The notes under the pieces: generated by a model
What the model was told of the DNA's origin: nothing
What the model saw: the letters and a program-made list of their open reading frames with translations, nothing else
Databases searched by the model: none
In this document: one piece after another, positions 27,594-37,604 of the stretch
Layout of the letters: the number at the start of each line of letters is the position of its first letter
Position numbering within the stretch: the stretch's first letter is position 1
Source of the DNA: an uncultured archaeon
GTDB lineage: Archaea; Thermoproteota; Nitrososphaeria; JACIWG01
DNA length: 64,000 nucleotides
Direction: 5' to 3'
Assembly (NCBI GenBank): GCA_938034445.1
Contig: CALHLD010000014.1
Span: forward strand, 4,907 to 68,906
Translations under genes and position numbers: made by a program

Positions 27594-28328
27594 ATGGGTA
27601 AATCACTTATTCAACAAAGGAGAGGTATGGGGCACATACAGTATTTAGCCCCTAAAAAAGGCAGAATCTCTCCAGTAGCCTATCCTCCATTAACTGAAGA
27701 AAAGATGACAGGTGTCGTTGAAAGAATATTACATGAACGAGGACGAATCGCCCCATTGGCGCAGATAAAGGTTGGGACTACCCATTACTATCTTCCAGCT
27801 GTAAAAGGATTAGAAGTCGGTTCTATAATAGAGTTTGGGCCACAAGCTACCCAAAAAAACGGAAATGTACTTATGTTAAAGGATATAACAGAAGGTTCTG
27901 TAATCTGTAATATAGAAAGGCGTCCTGGCGACGGAGGTAAGCTAGTGAGGTCAGCAGGTTCTTCGGCAATACTATTCTCACAGACTACTGAAGGGAGTAT
28001 CGTTAAACTTCCAAGTGGAAAAATGGTTCTAATAAATGGAAGATGTAGGGCAACAATAGGTGTTGTTGCTGGAGGTGGCTTTGAAGAAAAGCCGCTTCTT
28101 AAAGCTGGTGCTAACTTTTATAAAATGAAAGCTAAAAGAAAACTTTATCCAAGGGTTAGAGGAGTTGCAATGGCTGTAGTGCATCATCCATTTGGGGGAG
28201 GTCGTCATCAGCATCCAGGAAAGTCTACGTCAACTTCAAGGAACGCTCCACCAGGTAGGAAGGTTGGGCACATTGCGCCAAGGAAAACTGGGAGAAAGCG
28301 TGTTAGGAAGACTATGGAGGTGAAGTAA
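27594..28328 (+). CDS. rpl2: Ribosomal protein uL2
   Basis: MGKSLIQQRRG... Start chosen at the ATG matching the archaeal L2 N-terminus (track ORF starts 5 codons earlier). C-terminal GRNAPPG/basic tail. Confidence 0.92.
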   Translation: MGKSLIQQRRGMGHIQYLAPKKGRISPVAYPPLTEEKMTGVVERILHERGRIAPLAQIKVGTTHYYLPAVKGLEVGSIIEFGPQATQKNGNVLMLKDITEGSVICNIERRPGDGGKLVRSAGSSAILFSQTTEGSIVKLPSGKMVLINGRCRATIGVVAGGGFEEKPLLKAGANFYKMKAKRKLYPRVRGVAMAVVHHPFGGGRHQHPGKSTSTSRNAPPGRKVGHIAPRKTGRKRVRKTMEVK

Positions 28329-28331
28329 AAT

Positions 28332-28727
28332 ATGGTTAAAGAATTCAAGTATAGGGGCTATACATTGGAACAATTACAGACAATGTCGTATGAAACATTT
28401 ATCTCCCTACTGCCCTCTAGAATGCGTCGATCACTTAACAGAGGTTTAAGTCGAGAAAAAATGAAACTTTTAGAAGAAGTTCGTAAGCTTAAAGAGGGCC
28501 TAATAAAAGCGCCATTAAGGACGCATGCAAGAGATATGATCATTCTTCCAGTAATGGTAGGTCTCACAATACATGTGCACAATGGTAAAGAATTTGTTCC
28601 AGTTGAAATAAAACCAGAAATGATAGGCCATTATTTAGGCGAATTCGCTATCACTAATAAAAAAGTTGTACATGGTACACCAGGTATTGGTGCATCACGC
28701 TCTAGTCTTTATGTTCCACTGAAATAA
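28332..28727 (+). CDS. rps19: Ribosomal protein uS19
   Basis: 131 aa. S19 family. [12 protein letters not shown]. Confidence 0.92.
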   Translation: MVKEFKYRGYTLEQLQTMSYETFISLLPSRMRRSLNRGLSREKMKLLEEVRKLKEGLIKAPLRTHARDMIILPVMVGLTIHVHNGKEFVPVEIKPEMIGHYLGEFAITNKKVVHGTPGIGASRSSLYVPLK

Positions 28728-29027
28728 TATCGGGTATTGACTTAAACGCTTATTGTATGAAGCTCCTCCATTATTAATAGATAATGAACTTACAAATTAG
28801 TAAATCATACCAGATAAAAACAGTTTAGAACCCCTTAACCTTGAAATACTATATATGGTATCCACTGCCCGCATAATTTCTATCATTGCAAAACAACTTT
28901 TTTATAATAATCATTAACCCCATATAAGTTATCTTTCTCGTCTCAAGATAGCAAAAAATTTTTGGGTCATCTTGAAGATTGGTACATTAAAGTATTTATT
29001 CTATTAAATTTGGGGTTAATTTACTCG

Positions 29028-29501
29028 GTGTCATATTTGCCTAAGTTTGGATATAGTTTCCAAGTGGAGGATCCACTACTATATGTTAGAGCTAGTGCTA
29101 GAGAAGTTAATATTTCCCCAAAGCATGCAAGAGAAATATGTGCTACTATAAAAGGCTTAACTATTTCCAAGGCCAGAAAGTTACTTGAAAATGTTATCGA
29201 AAAAAAGGTTGCAATACCTTATAGGAGATATCATCGTAAAGTTCCACATAAGTCCTCTACTAAAGGTTATCCTGCTGGAGGCTACCCTATAAAGGCCTCT
29301 AAAGTTTTTCTTAAACTTTTAGACAATTTAGAAAATAATGCTTCATTCAAGGGTATGAATGTTGAAAATGTGGTCATAGTTCATGCAAGCGCATATAAGG
29401 GAATTGTCATAAAAGATTATATTCCACGAGCTTTTGGGCGTTCTTCGCCGAACTTTCATGTATTAGTTCATATAGAACTTGTTGGAAGGGAGATGACGTA
29501 G
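29028..29501 (+). CDS. rpl22: Ribosomal protein uL22
   Basis: L22 core (YSFQVED...ISPKHAREICATIKG). Start placed at in-frame GTG 29028. The track ORF (TTG 28962) adds a hydrophobic, non-L22 N-terminus and is probably over-extended. Confidence 0.8.
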   Translation: MSYLPKFGYSFQVEDPLLYVRASAREVNISPKHAREICATIKGLTISKARKLLENVIEKKVAIPYRRYHRKVPHKSSTKGYPAGGYPIKASKVFLKLLDNLENNASFKGMNVENVVIVHASAYKGIVIKDYIPRAFGRSSPNFHVLVHIELVGREMT

Positions 29502-29505
29502 GAAT

Positions 29506-30171
29506 ATGTCCACCCAGATAGAGCGTTCTCCTGTCAAAAAGATATTAAGTAAGCAGTTGATGTTCGCTAACTTAGACGAGTTTCTAGAAGAAACTTTAAA
29601 GGATGCAGGCTATGGTGGTGTTGAAATCTCAGAGGGTCCATTAGGTGTTAGACTCACAATATATGTTACACGACCTGGACTTGTTATTGGAAGGAAAGGT
29701 ATGGGGATTAAAGATTTAACTGATAAGCTTTCTTCAAAATTCAATCTTGATAATGTTCAAATTTCTGTTGCAGAAATTGAAGTTCCTGAACTTAATCCAA
29801 GAGTTATTTGTGAACGAATAGCTAGTTCAATGGAGAAAGGAACTCCCTTTAGGAGAACTGCTGTTTGGGCTCTCAATCAAATAATGAATGCCGGTGCCTT
29901 TGGTGCAGAAATCATAATTTCTGGTAAAATTAGGAGTGAACGTGCACATTACCAAAAGTTTGTTGCTGGTGTTGTGCCAAAAAGTGGTGAAGTTTCAAGG
30001 GTAGCTGTTTTAAAGGCTACTCGAAGTGTGCTCTTAAAGGCAGGTTTGTTTGGTGTTAAGGTTAAAATAGCCTTAAAAGAGAAGATTATTCCAGAATATG
30101 TTTTAAAGGAAGAAGGTGAATTAAAGGAGGGTGAGGCAATTGAAAAGGTTGAAGGTGAAGGAGCTGCTTAA
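29506..30171 (+). CDS. rps3: Ribosomal protein uS3
   Basis: 221 aa. KH domain (GLVIGRKGMGIKDL). Acidic C-tail. Confidence 0.93.
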   Translation: MSTQIERSPVKKILSKQLMFANLDEFLEETLKDAGYGGVEISEGPLGVRLTIYVTRPGLVIGRKGMGIKDLTDKLSSKFNLDNVQISVAEIEVPELNPRVICERIASSMEKGTPFRRTAVWALNQIMNAGAFGAEIIISGKIRSERAHYQKFVAGVVPKSGEVSRVAVLKATRSVLLKAGLFGVKVKIALKEKIIPEYVLKEEGELKEGEAIEKVEGEGAA

Positions 30172-30367
30172 TCTTTCTATGGAAGAGTTAGATAAGCGTA
30201 TTATTGAGCTTAAAAGTGAGTATCATAGACTCATAGGTTTATCTAGAAGAGGATTGCTTAAAAAAGAAACAGGTTCCATAAAAAGTATTAGAAGGAATAT
30301 TGCGAGGCTTGAAACTGCTAAAAGATTGAAGCAGCTAAATTTAGTTAAAGGTGAGAAAGTGAAATGA
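30131..30367 (+). CDS. rpl29: Ribosomal protein uL29
   Basis: 78 aa. KELLNLSMEELDKRIIELKSEY helix typical of L29. Overlaps S3 3' end. Confidence 0.85.
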   Translation: MRQLKRLKVKELLNLSMEELDKRIIELKSEYHRLIGLSRRGLLKKETGSIKSIRRNIARLETAKRLKQLNLVKGEKVK

Positions 30368-30633
30368 TAAATTTAACAAACATAATTTATCATGAGCTAA
30401 TATGTTTGGAAGCGAAAGTTGTTGATTCGAAAATTAGAAGTTTAGTTGGACTAAATGGGAAGGTTGTTATGGAGACAAGGAATATGCTGTATTTATATGA
30501 TGATAAAAAAGTTCGTGCAGTACCTAAGAAAGTAAGTTTATTCGAGTTCACATTACCTTCAGGGCAGACAATAAAACTTTCTGGCACATCTATTATTGGT
30601 CGTCCTGAAAATCGTTTATCTAAGATGAGGTGA
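30364..30633 (+). CDS. rnp1: RNase P protein component 1 (Rpp29/Pop4)
   Basis: 89 aa. GLNGKVVMETRNML...GRPENRL matches Rpp29. Conserved position between L29 and S17. Confidence 0.8.
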   Translation: MINLTNIIYHELICLEAKVVDSKIRSLVGLNGKVVMETRNMLYLYDDKKVRAVPKKVSLFEFTLPSGQTIKLSGTSIIGRPENRLSKMR

Positions 30634-30965
30634 TCTTGTTGAAAAATATTGGTCTCCCAGTTAAACCTCCTGAAAGAACATGTAACGATCCACTCTGCCC
30701 ATTCCATGGAAGCTTACCTGTTAGAGGAATTCTTCAAGAAGGGAAAGTGGTTAGTTGTAAAGCTAAAAATATGGTTGTTATTGAAAAGGAGATCATTCGC
30801 TTTTCTAAAAAATATAATAGGTATTATAGGGTGAGGAAGAAGATTCACGCTAGACTCCCAGATTGTTTGCATGCTGAACCTGGTGATAACGTTCTATTAG
30901 CTGAATGTAGACCATTATCAAAAACAGTTTCCTTTGTTGTTATAGAAAATAGGGGTAGTAAATAA
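30630..30965 (+). CDS. rps17: Ribosomal protein uS17
   Basis: 111 aa. PVKPPERTCNDPLCPFHGSLPVRG. GTG start overlapping rnp1 stop. Confidence 0.9.
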   Translation: MILLKNIGLPVKPPERTCNDPLCPFHGSLPVRGILQEGKVVSCKAKNMVVIEKEIIRFSKKYNRYYRVRKKIHARLPDCLHAEPGDNVLLAECRPLSKTVSFVVIENRGSK

Positions 30966-31399
30966 TGTCCACAAAATCTAGAGCTGTTTCAGCAAAGGGT
31001 GCACAAGAATTTAAACCCTATATAACTCGAGCTATTCCGGTAAATGCTGTAATAAATTGTGCAGACAATACGGGTGCAAAAACATTAAGAGTAGTCCAGG
31101 TTCTACAATATAAAGGTAGACTTGGAAGGTACCCTGCTGCATCAGTTGGCGATAAAATTAATGTTGTGGTTAAAAAAGGCCCTCCTGATATGAAGAAACA
31201 GGTTTTCCCCGCAGTTGTTATAAGACAGAAGTATCCGATAAGGAGATTTTCAGGTGTCAGAATATCCTTTGAGGATAATGCTGCAATACTGATAACTCCA
31301 GAAGGTGAGGTTAAAGGTACCGAAATAAAGGGACCTGTTGCTTCAGAGGCTGCTGAAAGATGGCCTAGAATTGCTAGTCTTTCGTCAATGATAATTTAA
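30965..31399 (+). CDS. rpl14: Ribosomal protein uL14
   Basis: 144 aa. L14 family. Confidence 0.92.
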   Translation: MSTKSRAVSAKGAQEFKPYITRAIPVNAVINCADNTGAKTLRVVQVLQYKGRLGRYPAASVGDKINVVVKKGPPDMKKQVFPAVVIRQKYPIRRFSGVRISFEDNAAILITPEGEVKGTEIKGPVASEAAERWPRIASLSSMII

Positions 31400-31410
31400 G
31401 GTGAAATTCT

Positions 31411-31788
31411 ATGTCTTCAACCAAGCCTTCTAAAGTTAGGAAAAGAGTGTTAAATGCACCATGGCATGTCAGGAATAAAATGTTAAATGCTCGTTTGTCT
31501 GATGAACTGCGCTCGAAGTATGGTGTTAAGACTGTGCGCGTTAGGAAGGGTGATTCTGTTAAAATTGTTAGAGGCGAATTTGCAGGAGTTGAAGGTAAAG
31601 TGACTTCTGTGGACCTTAAAACTGGAAGAATTACTGTGGAAGGTGTTTTTAGAGAAAATATTCGAGGAGAACAAGTTCCAGTAAAAATACATGCTTCTAA
31701 AGTCATTATCACATCATTAAATCTTGAAGACAAGCTTAGGAAAGAGAAGCTTGAAGCAAGAACTAGTAAAGTGGAGGTGGCCCAATAA
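31411..31788 (+). CDS. rpl24: Ribosomal protein uL24
   Basis: 125 aa. KOW motif (GDSVKIVRGEFAGVEGKV). Confidence 0.9.
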   Translation: MSSTKPSKVRKRVLNAPWHVRNKMLNARLSDELRSKYGVKTVRVRKGDSVKIVRGEFAGVEGKVTSVDLKTGRITVEGVFRENIRGEQVPVKIHASKVIITSLNLEDKLRKEKLEARTSKVEVAQ

Positions 31789-32519
31789 TGGGTAGTATGG
31801 GTTCCTCTAGGCATATGAAGAGAAGTGCAGCTCCATCCTTTTGGAAAATTCCCAGAAAACTTGGCCAATTCGCAGTTAAACCGTCTCCTGGCCCTCATCC
31901 TATTAGCGAAAGTTACTCTTTAGCAGTTCTTTTGAGAGACGTGCTGAAAGTTGTAAAAAATATGAGAGAAGCAAGATATGTAATAAATTCAGGAAAGGTT
32001 TTAGTCGATGGTGTTATTAGATACGATAAAAAATTCCCTGTTGGATTAATGGATGTAATACATATACCATCAATAAACAAATTTTATCGTATGCTTCCAT
32101 CTAAAAAAGCTGTGCTATTTCCTAAAGAAATAGATCCTGAATCAGCAAAATTCAAGCTATGTAAAGTAAAGTCTAAAAATAAGGTTAAATCAAATAAATT
32201 TTCCTATGGTTTACATGATGGTCGAACAATTTTATCTGAAAACGATTTAGGCCTTAACGTCGGCGATAGTGTTCTTATAACAATTCCTGAAGGAAAATTT
32301 GTTGACAAGGTAAAATTAGAAAAAGATTCCCTTGTTCTTTTCTTAAAAGGAAAACATATAGGCAAAATTGGAGTCGTAAAGGATATAATAAAGGGTACAT
32401 TTACTTCAGAAAAGTCTGCAGAAGTGTACGTGGAAGGAGAATCTGTTAAAGTTCCATTACGTATGATATTAGCAGTAGGTAAAGATAAGCCTATACTGTC
32501 TGTTGAAGTAGGTGAATAG
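31788..32519 (+). CDS. rps4e: Ribosomal protein eS4
   Basis: 243 aa. S4e family with KOW-like segment. Confidence 0.9.
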   Translation: MGSMGSSRHMKRSAAPSFWKIPRKLGQFAVKPSPGPHPISESYSLAVLLRDVLKVVKNMREARYVINSGKVLVDGVIRYDKKFPVGLMDVIHIPSINKFYRMLPSKKAVLFPKEIDPESAKFKLCKVKSKNKVKSNKFSYGLHDGRTILSENDLGLNVGDSVLITIPEGKFVDKVKLEKDSLVLFLKGKHIGKIGVVKDIIKGTFTSEKSAEVYVEGESVKVPLRMILAVGKDKPILSVEVGE

Positions 32520-32521
32520 GT

Positions 32522-33046
32522 ATGTCTCTTCAGCTCGCTGAAAATTCTATGAAGCGAATTTTTGTTCATAAAGTTGTCTTAAATATAGGGGTTGGACGTT
32601 CGGGAGAAGCTGTAGAAAAGGCTAAGGCTGTGCTTAAACAAATAAGTGGTCAAGAACCGAAATTAACTTATGCGAAGAAGACGATAAGGGATTTTGGGAT
32701 TAGAAAAGGTGAAGCTATTGGTGTAAAAGTTACGTTGATGAAGAAAAGAGCAGTAGATGTCTTAAAAAAGCTTTTACTTGCAAAAGGTCTAAAACTTTCG
32801 TCTTCCTCATTTGATAATGAAGGAAATGTTTCTTTTGGAATAAAGGAACATATTGAAATACCTGGCATAAAATATGATCCTGAGTTAGGTATATTTGGCC
32901 TAGATGTCTGTATAAAATTAGAACGTCCAGGGTATAGGGTTGAAAGGAGAAGACGATGTCCATCTAAGGTGGGCAAGTCTCACAGAGTTAATAAAGAAGA
33001 TGCTATCATGTTCATGAAGGAAATGTTTAATATAGAGGTGGTTTAG
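32522..33046 (+). CDS. rpl5: Ribosomal protein uL5
   Basis: 174 aa. L5 family. Confidence 0.9.
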   Translation: MSLQLAENSMKRIFVHKVVLNIGVGRSGEAVEKAKAVLKQISGQEPKLTYAKKTIRDFGIRKGEAIGVKVTLMKKRAVDVLKKLLLAKGLKLSSSSFDNEGNVSFGIKEHIEIPGIKYDPELGIFGLDVCIKLERPGYRVERRRRCPSKVGKSHRVNKEDAIMFMKEMFNIEVV

Positions 33047-33211
33047 TTGGTAAAAGTAAGGCATGGAAAACCTAGAAAGTTTGGAAAGGGTTCTAGAGTA
33101 TGTAGAAGGTGTGGTGCCTATGGGCCAGTAATACAAATGTATAATCTCTTTTACTGTCGTCAGTGTTTTAGAGAGATCGCTGAAAAACTTGGATTTAGAA
33201 AATATGAGTAG
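33047..33211 (+). CDS. rps14: Ribosomal protein uS14 (zinc type, S29e-like)
   Basis: 54-aa ORF below the track cutoff, by own translation: (L)[53 protein letters not shown]. CxxC...CxxC zinc ribbon. TTG start right after the L5 stop. Conserved L5-S14-S8 order. Confidence 0.85.
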   Translation: MVKVRHGKPRKFGKGSRVCRRCGAYGPVIQMYNLFYCRQCFREIAEKLGFRKYE

Positions 33212-33215
33212 GTGA

Positions 33216-33614
33216 ATGATAATGCCTGCAAAGAATGTGGTCGCAAACCTTTTTTCAACAATATACAATAATGAGCTTAGACGTAAAAAAGAATGCATAA
33301 TTTCTCCTACCTCAAATCTTGCAAGAGAAATTTTAAGAATACTTCAAAAATATGGGTATATAGGTGAATTTGAGCATATTGATGATGGGCGTGGTGGGAA
33401 ATTCAGGGTTCAGCTACTTGGGCGAATAGTGAAGTGTGGTGTTATTTCTCCAAGATTCAGTGTAAAAAAAGACGAATATGACCTTTGGGAAAGGAAGTAT
33501 CTTCCAGCATTTAACTATGGTATATTAATTGTGACAACACCTGAAGGTGTAATGTCGCAGGTTGAAGCCAAACAGAAAGGTTTGGGCGGAAAGCTTTTAG
33601 GCTATGTTTATTAA
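33216..33614 (+). CDS. rps8: Ribosomal protein uS8
   Basis: 132 aa. S8 family. Confidence 0.9.
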   Translation: MIMPAKNVVANLFSTIYNNELRRKKECIISPTSNLAREILRILQKYGYIGEFEHIDDGRGGKFRVQLLGRIVKCGVISPRFSVKKDEYDLWERKYLPAFNYGILIVTTPEGVMSQVEAKQKGLGGKLLGYVY

Positions 33615-33619
33615 GGTGA

Positions 33620-34147
33620 GTGTCTATGGCAGAACAGATAATTGAAGTACCAGAAAATTTGTCAGTTAAGTTTGAAAATAATATATTGTATGTGAAAGGT
33701 CCTTTAGGTCAGTTAAGTAAAGATTTTTCTAAAATAAAGGTTAACGTATCAGTTAATTCAAACAAGATAAAACTTTCCTCATATAGTGATAAAAGAAGAG
33801 ATATTTCGGTTTTAGGAACAGCCGCATCAATAATAAAAAATATGTTTCATGGTGTGACTAAAGGTTATACGTATAAACTTAAGGTTGTTTCAGCACACTT
33901 TCCTGTCTCTATTAAGGTCAAGGGGAATGAAGTTCATATTGAAAACTTTTATGGCGAAAAACATCCTAGGATTGCAAAGATTGTAGGCTCTTGTCAGGTT
34001 AGTTTTGAGGGTGATGACGTAATAGTTAAAGGAATATCTAAAGAAGATGTTGGTCAGACTGCAGCAAATATTGAGCGTGCAACAGTCGTAAAACGCAAGG
34101 ACCAGAGAGTCTTTTTGGATGGGGTGTACTTATATGAGCGAAGTTAA
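33620..34147 (+). CDS. rpl6: Ribosomal protein uL6
   Basis: 175 aa. Duplicated L6 domain. Confidence 0.9.
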   Translation: MSMAEQIIEVPENLSVKFENNILYVKGPLGQLSKDFSKIKVNVSVNSNKIKLSSYSDKRRDISVLGTAASIIKNMFHGVTKGYTYKLKVVSAHFPVSIKVKGNEVHIENFYGEKHPRIAKIVGSCQVSFEGDDVIVKGISKEDVGQTAANIERATVVKRKDQRVFLDGVYLYERS

Positions 34148-34523
34148 TTTAAAGAAAAATTTTGTGAAAAGAAAGAAGCCTAAGTTTGTTAGGCCAGAAT
34201 CTTGGAGATATGTTCGTATAAAACCAAACTGGAGGAGGCCCAAAGGTATAGACCATAAGGTTAGAAAAGAGTATAAAGGTTGGCCTGCTAGGGTAAAAGT
34301 TGGCTACGGCTCTCCAAAAGCTATACGGGGTCTTCACCCTTCTGGCTTTAAAGAAGTGCTTATTCATAATGTACAAGAGCTTTTAAAGTTAGATCCAAAA
34401 ATCGAGGCAGCAAGAATAGCCCATACTGTGGGTACAAAAAAACGGATTGAAATATTCCAAAAGGCTAAGGAGTTGGGCATACATGTCCTTAATCCTGTGA
34501 GGTTGAAGAAAGTTGAATCTTAG
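34134..34523 (+). CDS. rpl32e: Ribosomal protein eL32
   Basis: [29 protein letters not shown]...IAHTVG matches L32e. Start set at the ATG overlapping the L6 stop. Confidence 0.88.
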   Translation: MSEVNLKKNFVKRKKPKFVRPESWRYVRIKPNWRRPKGIDHKVRKEYKGWPARVKVGYGSPKAIRGLHPSGFKEVLIHNVQELLKLDPKIEAARIAHTVGTKKRIEIFQKAKELGIHVLNPVRLKKVES

Positions 34524-34941
34524 AAACAAAAAAGAATTGGTTGCAAGAGTATTAGGCGTAGGTGTTTCTAGAGTGAGACTTATGCCAGAGGCCGCTGAAC
34601 GCATAAGTGATGCTATAACTAGAGATGAAATACGTTCACTTGTGGAACAAAAAGCTATTGTAATACTACAGAAAAAAGGTGTTTCTAGGTCACGTGTGAA
34701 GAAAGGTAAACGTTCTGGTCCTGGTTCTAGGAAAGGTTCTAAAGGTGCTAGGCAAGGTAAAAAGGAGTTATGGGTAAAAAAGGTTAGAGCCCTACGAGTT
34801 CATCTAAAATATCTATTGGAGCATGGAATTATAAGTAAGGAAAATTATAAGAAACTATATCTTTGGATTAAAGGAGGCCAAATTAGAACTGTCAAAAGAT
34901 TGGATGAAATTGCAAGGGAACTTGGTAGGAGAGGTGAATAA
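34513..34941 (+). CDS. rpl19e: Ribosomal protein eL19
   Basis: 142 aa. (M)[23 protein letters not shown]-terminus. TTG start. Confidence 0.88.
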   Translation: MNLRNKKELVARVLGVGVSRVRLMPEAAERISDAITRDEIRSLVEQKAIVILQKKGVSRSRVKKGKRSGPGSRKGSKGARQGKKELWVKKVRALRVHLKYLLEHGIISKENYKKLYLWIKGGQIRTVKRLDEIARELGRRGE

Positions 34942-34943
34942 GT

Positions 34944-35537
34944 TTGGCTAAACAATATGTTCAAATTTTTAGAAGAAAGCGTGAAGGAAAAACAAATTAT
35001 CATGTGCGAAAGAAGGTTCTCTTAAGCAGGCTCCCATTTCTCGTAGTTAGGATCACAAATAAAAATGCAATCCTACAGATCACCAAGGCTGAAATTGAAG
35101 GTGATCGAGTTATAGCATCAGTTCATACAAGACAGCTTATAAAATTTGGTTGGCCTTTTTCTAGAAAGAATACTCCTGCCTGCTATCTGGCTGGACTCAT
35201 GCTTGGGTTGAGGGCAAAATATAAAATTAATTCGGACATAATTGTTTATCTTGGAATTTCTCCATATGTTAATGGCTCAAGAGTAACTGCTGCCATCAAA
35301 GGTGTACTAGATGCGGGTTTGAATGTGAGAGTTGATCCTGAAACCTTTCCTAGCGAAGAAAGGATAAGGGGTGAACATATTATTGAATATGCAAGAAAGC
35401 TTAAGGCAACTGATTTTTCCCTTTACACTAAAAGATTTTCAAATTATGTTAGGGAAGGATTAAATGTTGAAGATATGGCTAAAATATTTGAGGAAGTTAA
35501 ACAAAAAATAGTTGAGAGTGGGGGTGTAATAAGATGA
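34944..35537 (+). CDS. rpl18: Ribosomal protein uL18 (L5e)
   Basis: 197 aa. L18/L5e family. TTG start. Confidence 0.88.
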   Translation: MAKQYVQIFRRKREGKTNYHVRKKVLLSRLPFLVVRITNKNAILQITKAEIEGDRVIASVHTRQLIKFGWPFSRKNTPACYLAGLMLGLRAKYKINSDIIVYLGISPYVNGSRVTAAIKGVLDAGLNVRVDPETFPSEERIRGEHIIEYARKLKATDFSLYTKRFSNYVREGLNVEDMAKIFEEVKQKIVESGGVIR

Positions 35538-36160
35538 GTGAACAAGAAAGTGTAAGGGATACACTAAAATCTTGGGTTCCAAAAACTAAGTTAGGTAAGC
35601 TAGTTGCAGAAGGTAAAATAACAGACCTACATGAAGTATTTGAGTTAGGCTATAAAATAAAGGAACCTGAAATTGTACGAAGTCTTGTAGCCGGTATTAC
35701 TACAGAGGTTGTTGGTGTTACAGTTGTACAAAAACAGACTGATGCAGGTGAAATTACAAAGTTTAGGGTTATACTTGCTGTAGGCGATAGAAGTGGATGG
35801 TTCGGTGTTGGCTCGGGTAAGGCATCCACTATGCGTGTAGCAGTGGATAAAGCTACTAATGACGCATTGCTTAAAATTATTCCTGTAACATTAGGTTGTG
35901 GAAGTTGGGAATGTAGATGTAATCAACCCCATTCGATTCCATTCAAAGTTTCTGGAAAATGTGGTAGTGTACGAATTGAACTTATTCCAGGTCCAAGGGG
36001 TCTTGGGCTTGTTGCGGGCGAAAATATTAAAAAACTTCTTTCACTTGCTGGTGTGAAGGATGCTTGGACAAGAACTTATGGTGCAACCAGTACTTACCCG
36101 TCTATAGCATATGCCATCTACGATGCTCTAAAAAATCTTCATAATTTTGTGATGAGGTGA
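35534..36160 (+). CDS. rps5: Ribosomal protein uS5
   Basis: 208 aa. S5 dsRBD-like N-domain and C-domain. Confidence 0.92.
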   Translation: MSEQESVRDTLKSWVPKTKLGKLVAEGKITDLHEVFELGYKIKEPEIVRSLVAGITTEVVGVTVVQKQTDAGEITKFRVILAVGDRSGWFGVGSGKASTMRVAVDKATNDALLKIIPVTLGCGSWECRCNQPHSIPFKVSGKCGSVRIELIPGPRGLGLVAGENIKKLLSLAGVKDAWTRTYGATSTYPSIAYAIYDALKNLHNFVMR

Positions 36161-36630
36161 AATCATTGTCCCAACTTTTAGTTGTTAGAATTAGAGGTAC
36201 GATAAATGTTAGACATGATATTAAAAAAACCCTTGAACTTCTAAGATTAAGAAGAAGGTATAGTGCAACCATTGTTCCAAAAAACGAGTATTATTTGGGT
36301 ATGCTCTCTAAGGCTAAAGATTTCATTGCCTGGGGTGAAATCGATTTTGAAACTGCAAAACAGCTTATATTGAAAAGAGGTAAAACTGTAGGCGGTAAAC
36401 CTGTTGACGATTCTATTGCAAAACTTGAAGGATTTAACAATGTAGATGAATTGGTTAAGGCTATAGTTGATGGTGTAAAAAAATTTTCAGAACTTAAAGT
36501 GATTAAACCTTACTTTAATCTTACTCCGCCGAAAGGAGGTTTTAAAAGGTCTACTAAGAAACCATATCAGTATAAGGGTGTTTTAGGTGAAAATAAAGAG
36601 ATATTGTCTATTGTTACAAGGATGATTTAA
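36157..36630 (+). CDS. rpl30: Ribosomal protein uL30
   Basis: 157 aa. L30/L7e family. GTG start overlapping S5 stop. Confidence 0.88.
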   Translation: MKSLSQLLVVRIRGTINVRHDIKKTLELLRLRRRYSATIVPKNEYYLGMLSKAKDFIAWGEIDFETAKQLILKRGKTVGGKPVDDSIAKLEGFNNVDELVKAIVDGVKKFSELKVIKPYFNLTPPKGGFKRSTKKPYQYKGVLGENKEILSIVTRMI

Positions 36631-36654
36631 TAATTTAATTTGGGGTGATATACG

Positions 36655-37143
36655 ATGAAGGATAAAGGGGATAAAAATAAAAAATGGTTTGATGTGTTTG
36701 ATGAATTTGAGAAAAAATTTGATGATCTTTTAGATGAGATGTCAAAATATTTGGATTCAATTGATGTAGAAAAAAAGGAACGTGAAATTGAAGGCCCTTA
36801 TATTTATGGTTTTTCGTTTATAATAGGTCCTGATGGTAAACCTGAAATTGGAAAATTTGGTCACATAAGGAAGGCTTATACAAGTAAAGGTGATCCCAAT
36901 ATTAGGGTTCCATTAACAGATATAATTGAAAGAAATAATGAAATCATCGTACTAGTTGAATTGCCTGGTGTAAATGAAGAAAACATACACATATTAATTA
37001 AAAGTGGTAAAATACATGTTTTAGCCTCTTCCGATAAAAGAAGATATAAAAAGGTTATACCATTACCTAAAACTGTTGACACAAGTTCCTTAAAAACTGA
37101 GTACAGGAATGGGATTCTTGAAATTAAGTTAAATAAAGTATGA
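36655..37143 (+). CDS. hsp20: Small heat shock protein (Hsp20/alpha-crystallin family)
   Basis: 162 aa. Alpha-crystallin domain PLTDIIERNNEIIVLVELPGVNEENIHILIKSG...LKTEYRNGILEIKL. Confidence 0.85.
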   Translation: MKDKGDKNKKWFDVFDEFEKKFDDLLDEMSKYLDSIDVEKKEREIEGPYIYGFSFIIGPDGKPEIGKFGHIRKAYTSKGDPNIRVPLTDIIERNNEIIVLVELPGVNEENIHILIKSGKIHVLASSDKRRYKKVIPLPKTVDTSSLKTEYRNGILEIKLNKV

Positions 37144-37164
37144 GTAGTAAAGGTGTGTGATGAT

Positions 37165-37602
37165 ATGCCTACAAGATTGAGAAAAGTTAGAAAAATGCGT
37201 GGTTCAAGAACTCATGGGTGGGGACAAGTCTCACAGCACAGGGCCTCTGGCCAAAAGGGAGGGGCTGGAAATGCTGGTCTTCATAAACATAAGTGGAGTT
37301 GGACTATAAAGTATGAACCTGATCATTTTGGAAAAGATGACATGCGCCCTCCAAGAACTTCTAAACCCAAACGCTGGATAAATGTTGGTTCACTTGACAA
37401 ACTATATACCTCTATTGCATCAACTTCTAGCTTGGAAACTGTTGAAGGAAGACCTGTATTAAATCTTTCATCACTTGGGTATGAAAAGCTTCTAGGAGCA
37501 GGCTCTGTTTCACGCGCCTATCATATTATTGTAGAAAAGTTTACAGAGTCTGCGAAGGAAAAGATTTTATCAGCGGGAGGTTTTATTGAAGGGTCGAAGT
37601 AG
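37165..37602 (+). CDS. rpl15: Ribosomal protein uL15
   Basis: MPTRLRKVRKMRGSRTHGWG N-terminus. Start at the ATG (track ORF begins 4 codons earlier at GTG). Confidence 0.9.
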   Translation: MPTRLRKVRKMRGSRTHGWGQVSQHRASGQKGGAGNAGLHKHKWSWTIKYEPDHFGKDDMRPPRTSKPKRWINVGSLDKLYTSIASTSSLETVEGRPVLNLSSLGYEKLLGAGSVSRAYHIIVEKFTESAKEKILSAGGFIEGSK

Positions 37603-37604
37603 TA

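Noticed and set aside
28962-29027. Track-called N-terminal extension of L22 (MGHLEDWYIKVFILLNLGLIYS...)
   Set aside because: Hydrophobic sequence unrelated to L22. It overlaps a hairpin. An in-frame GTG at 29028 gives the family-typical N-terminus.
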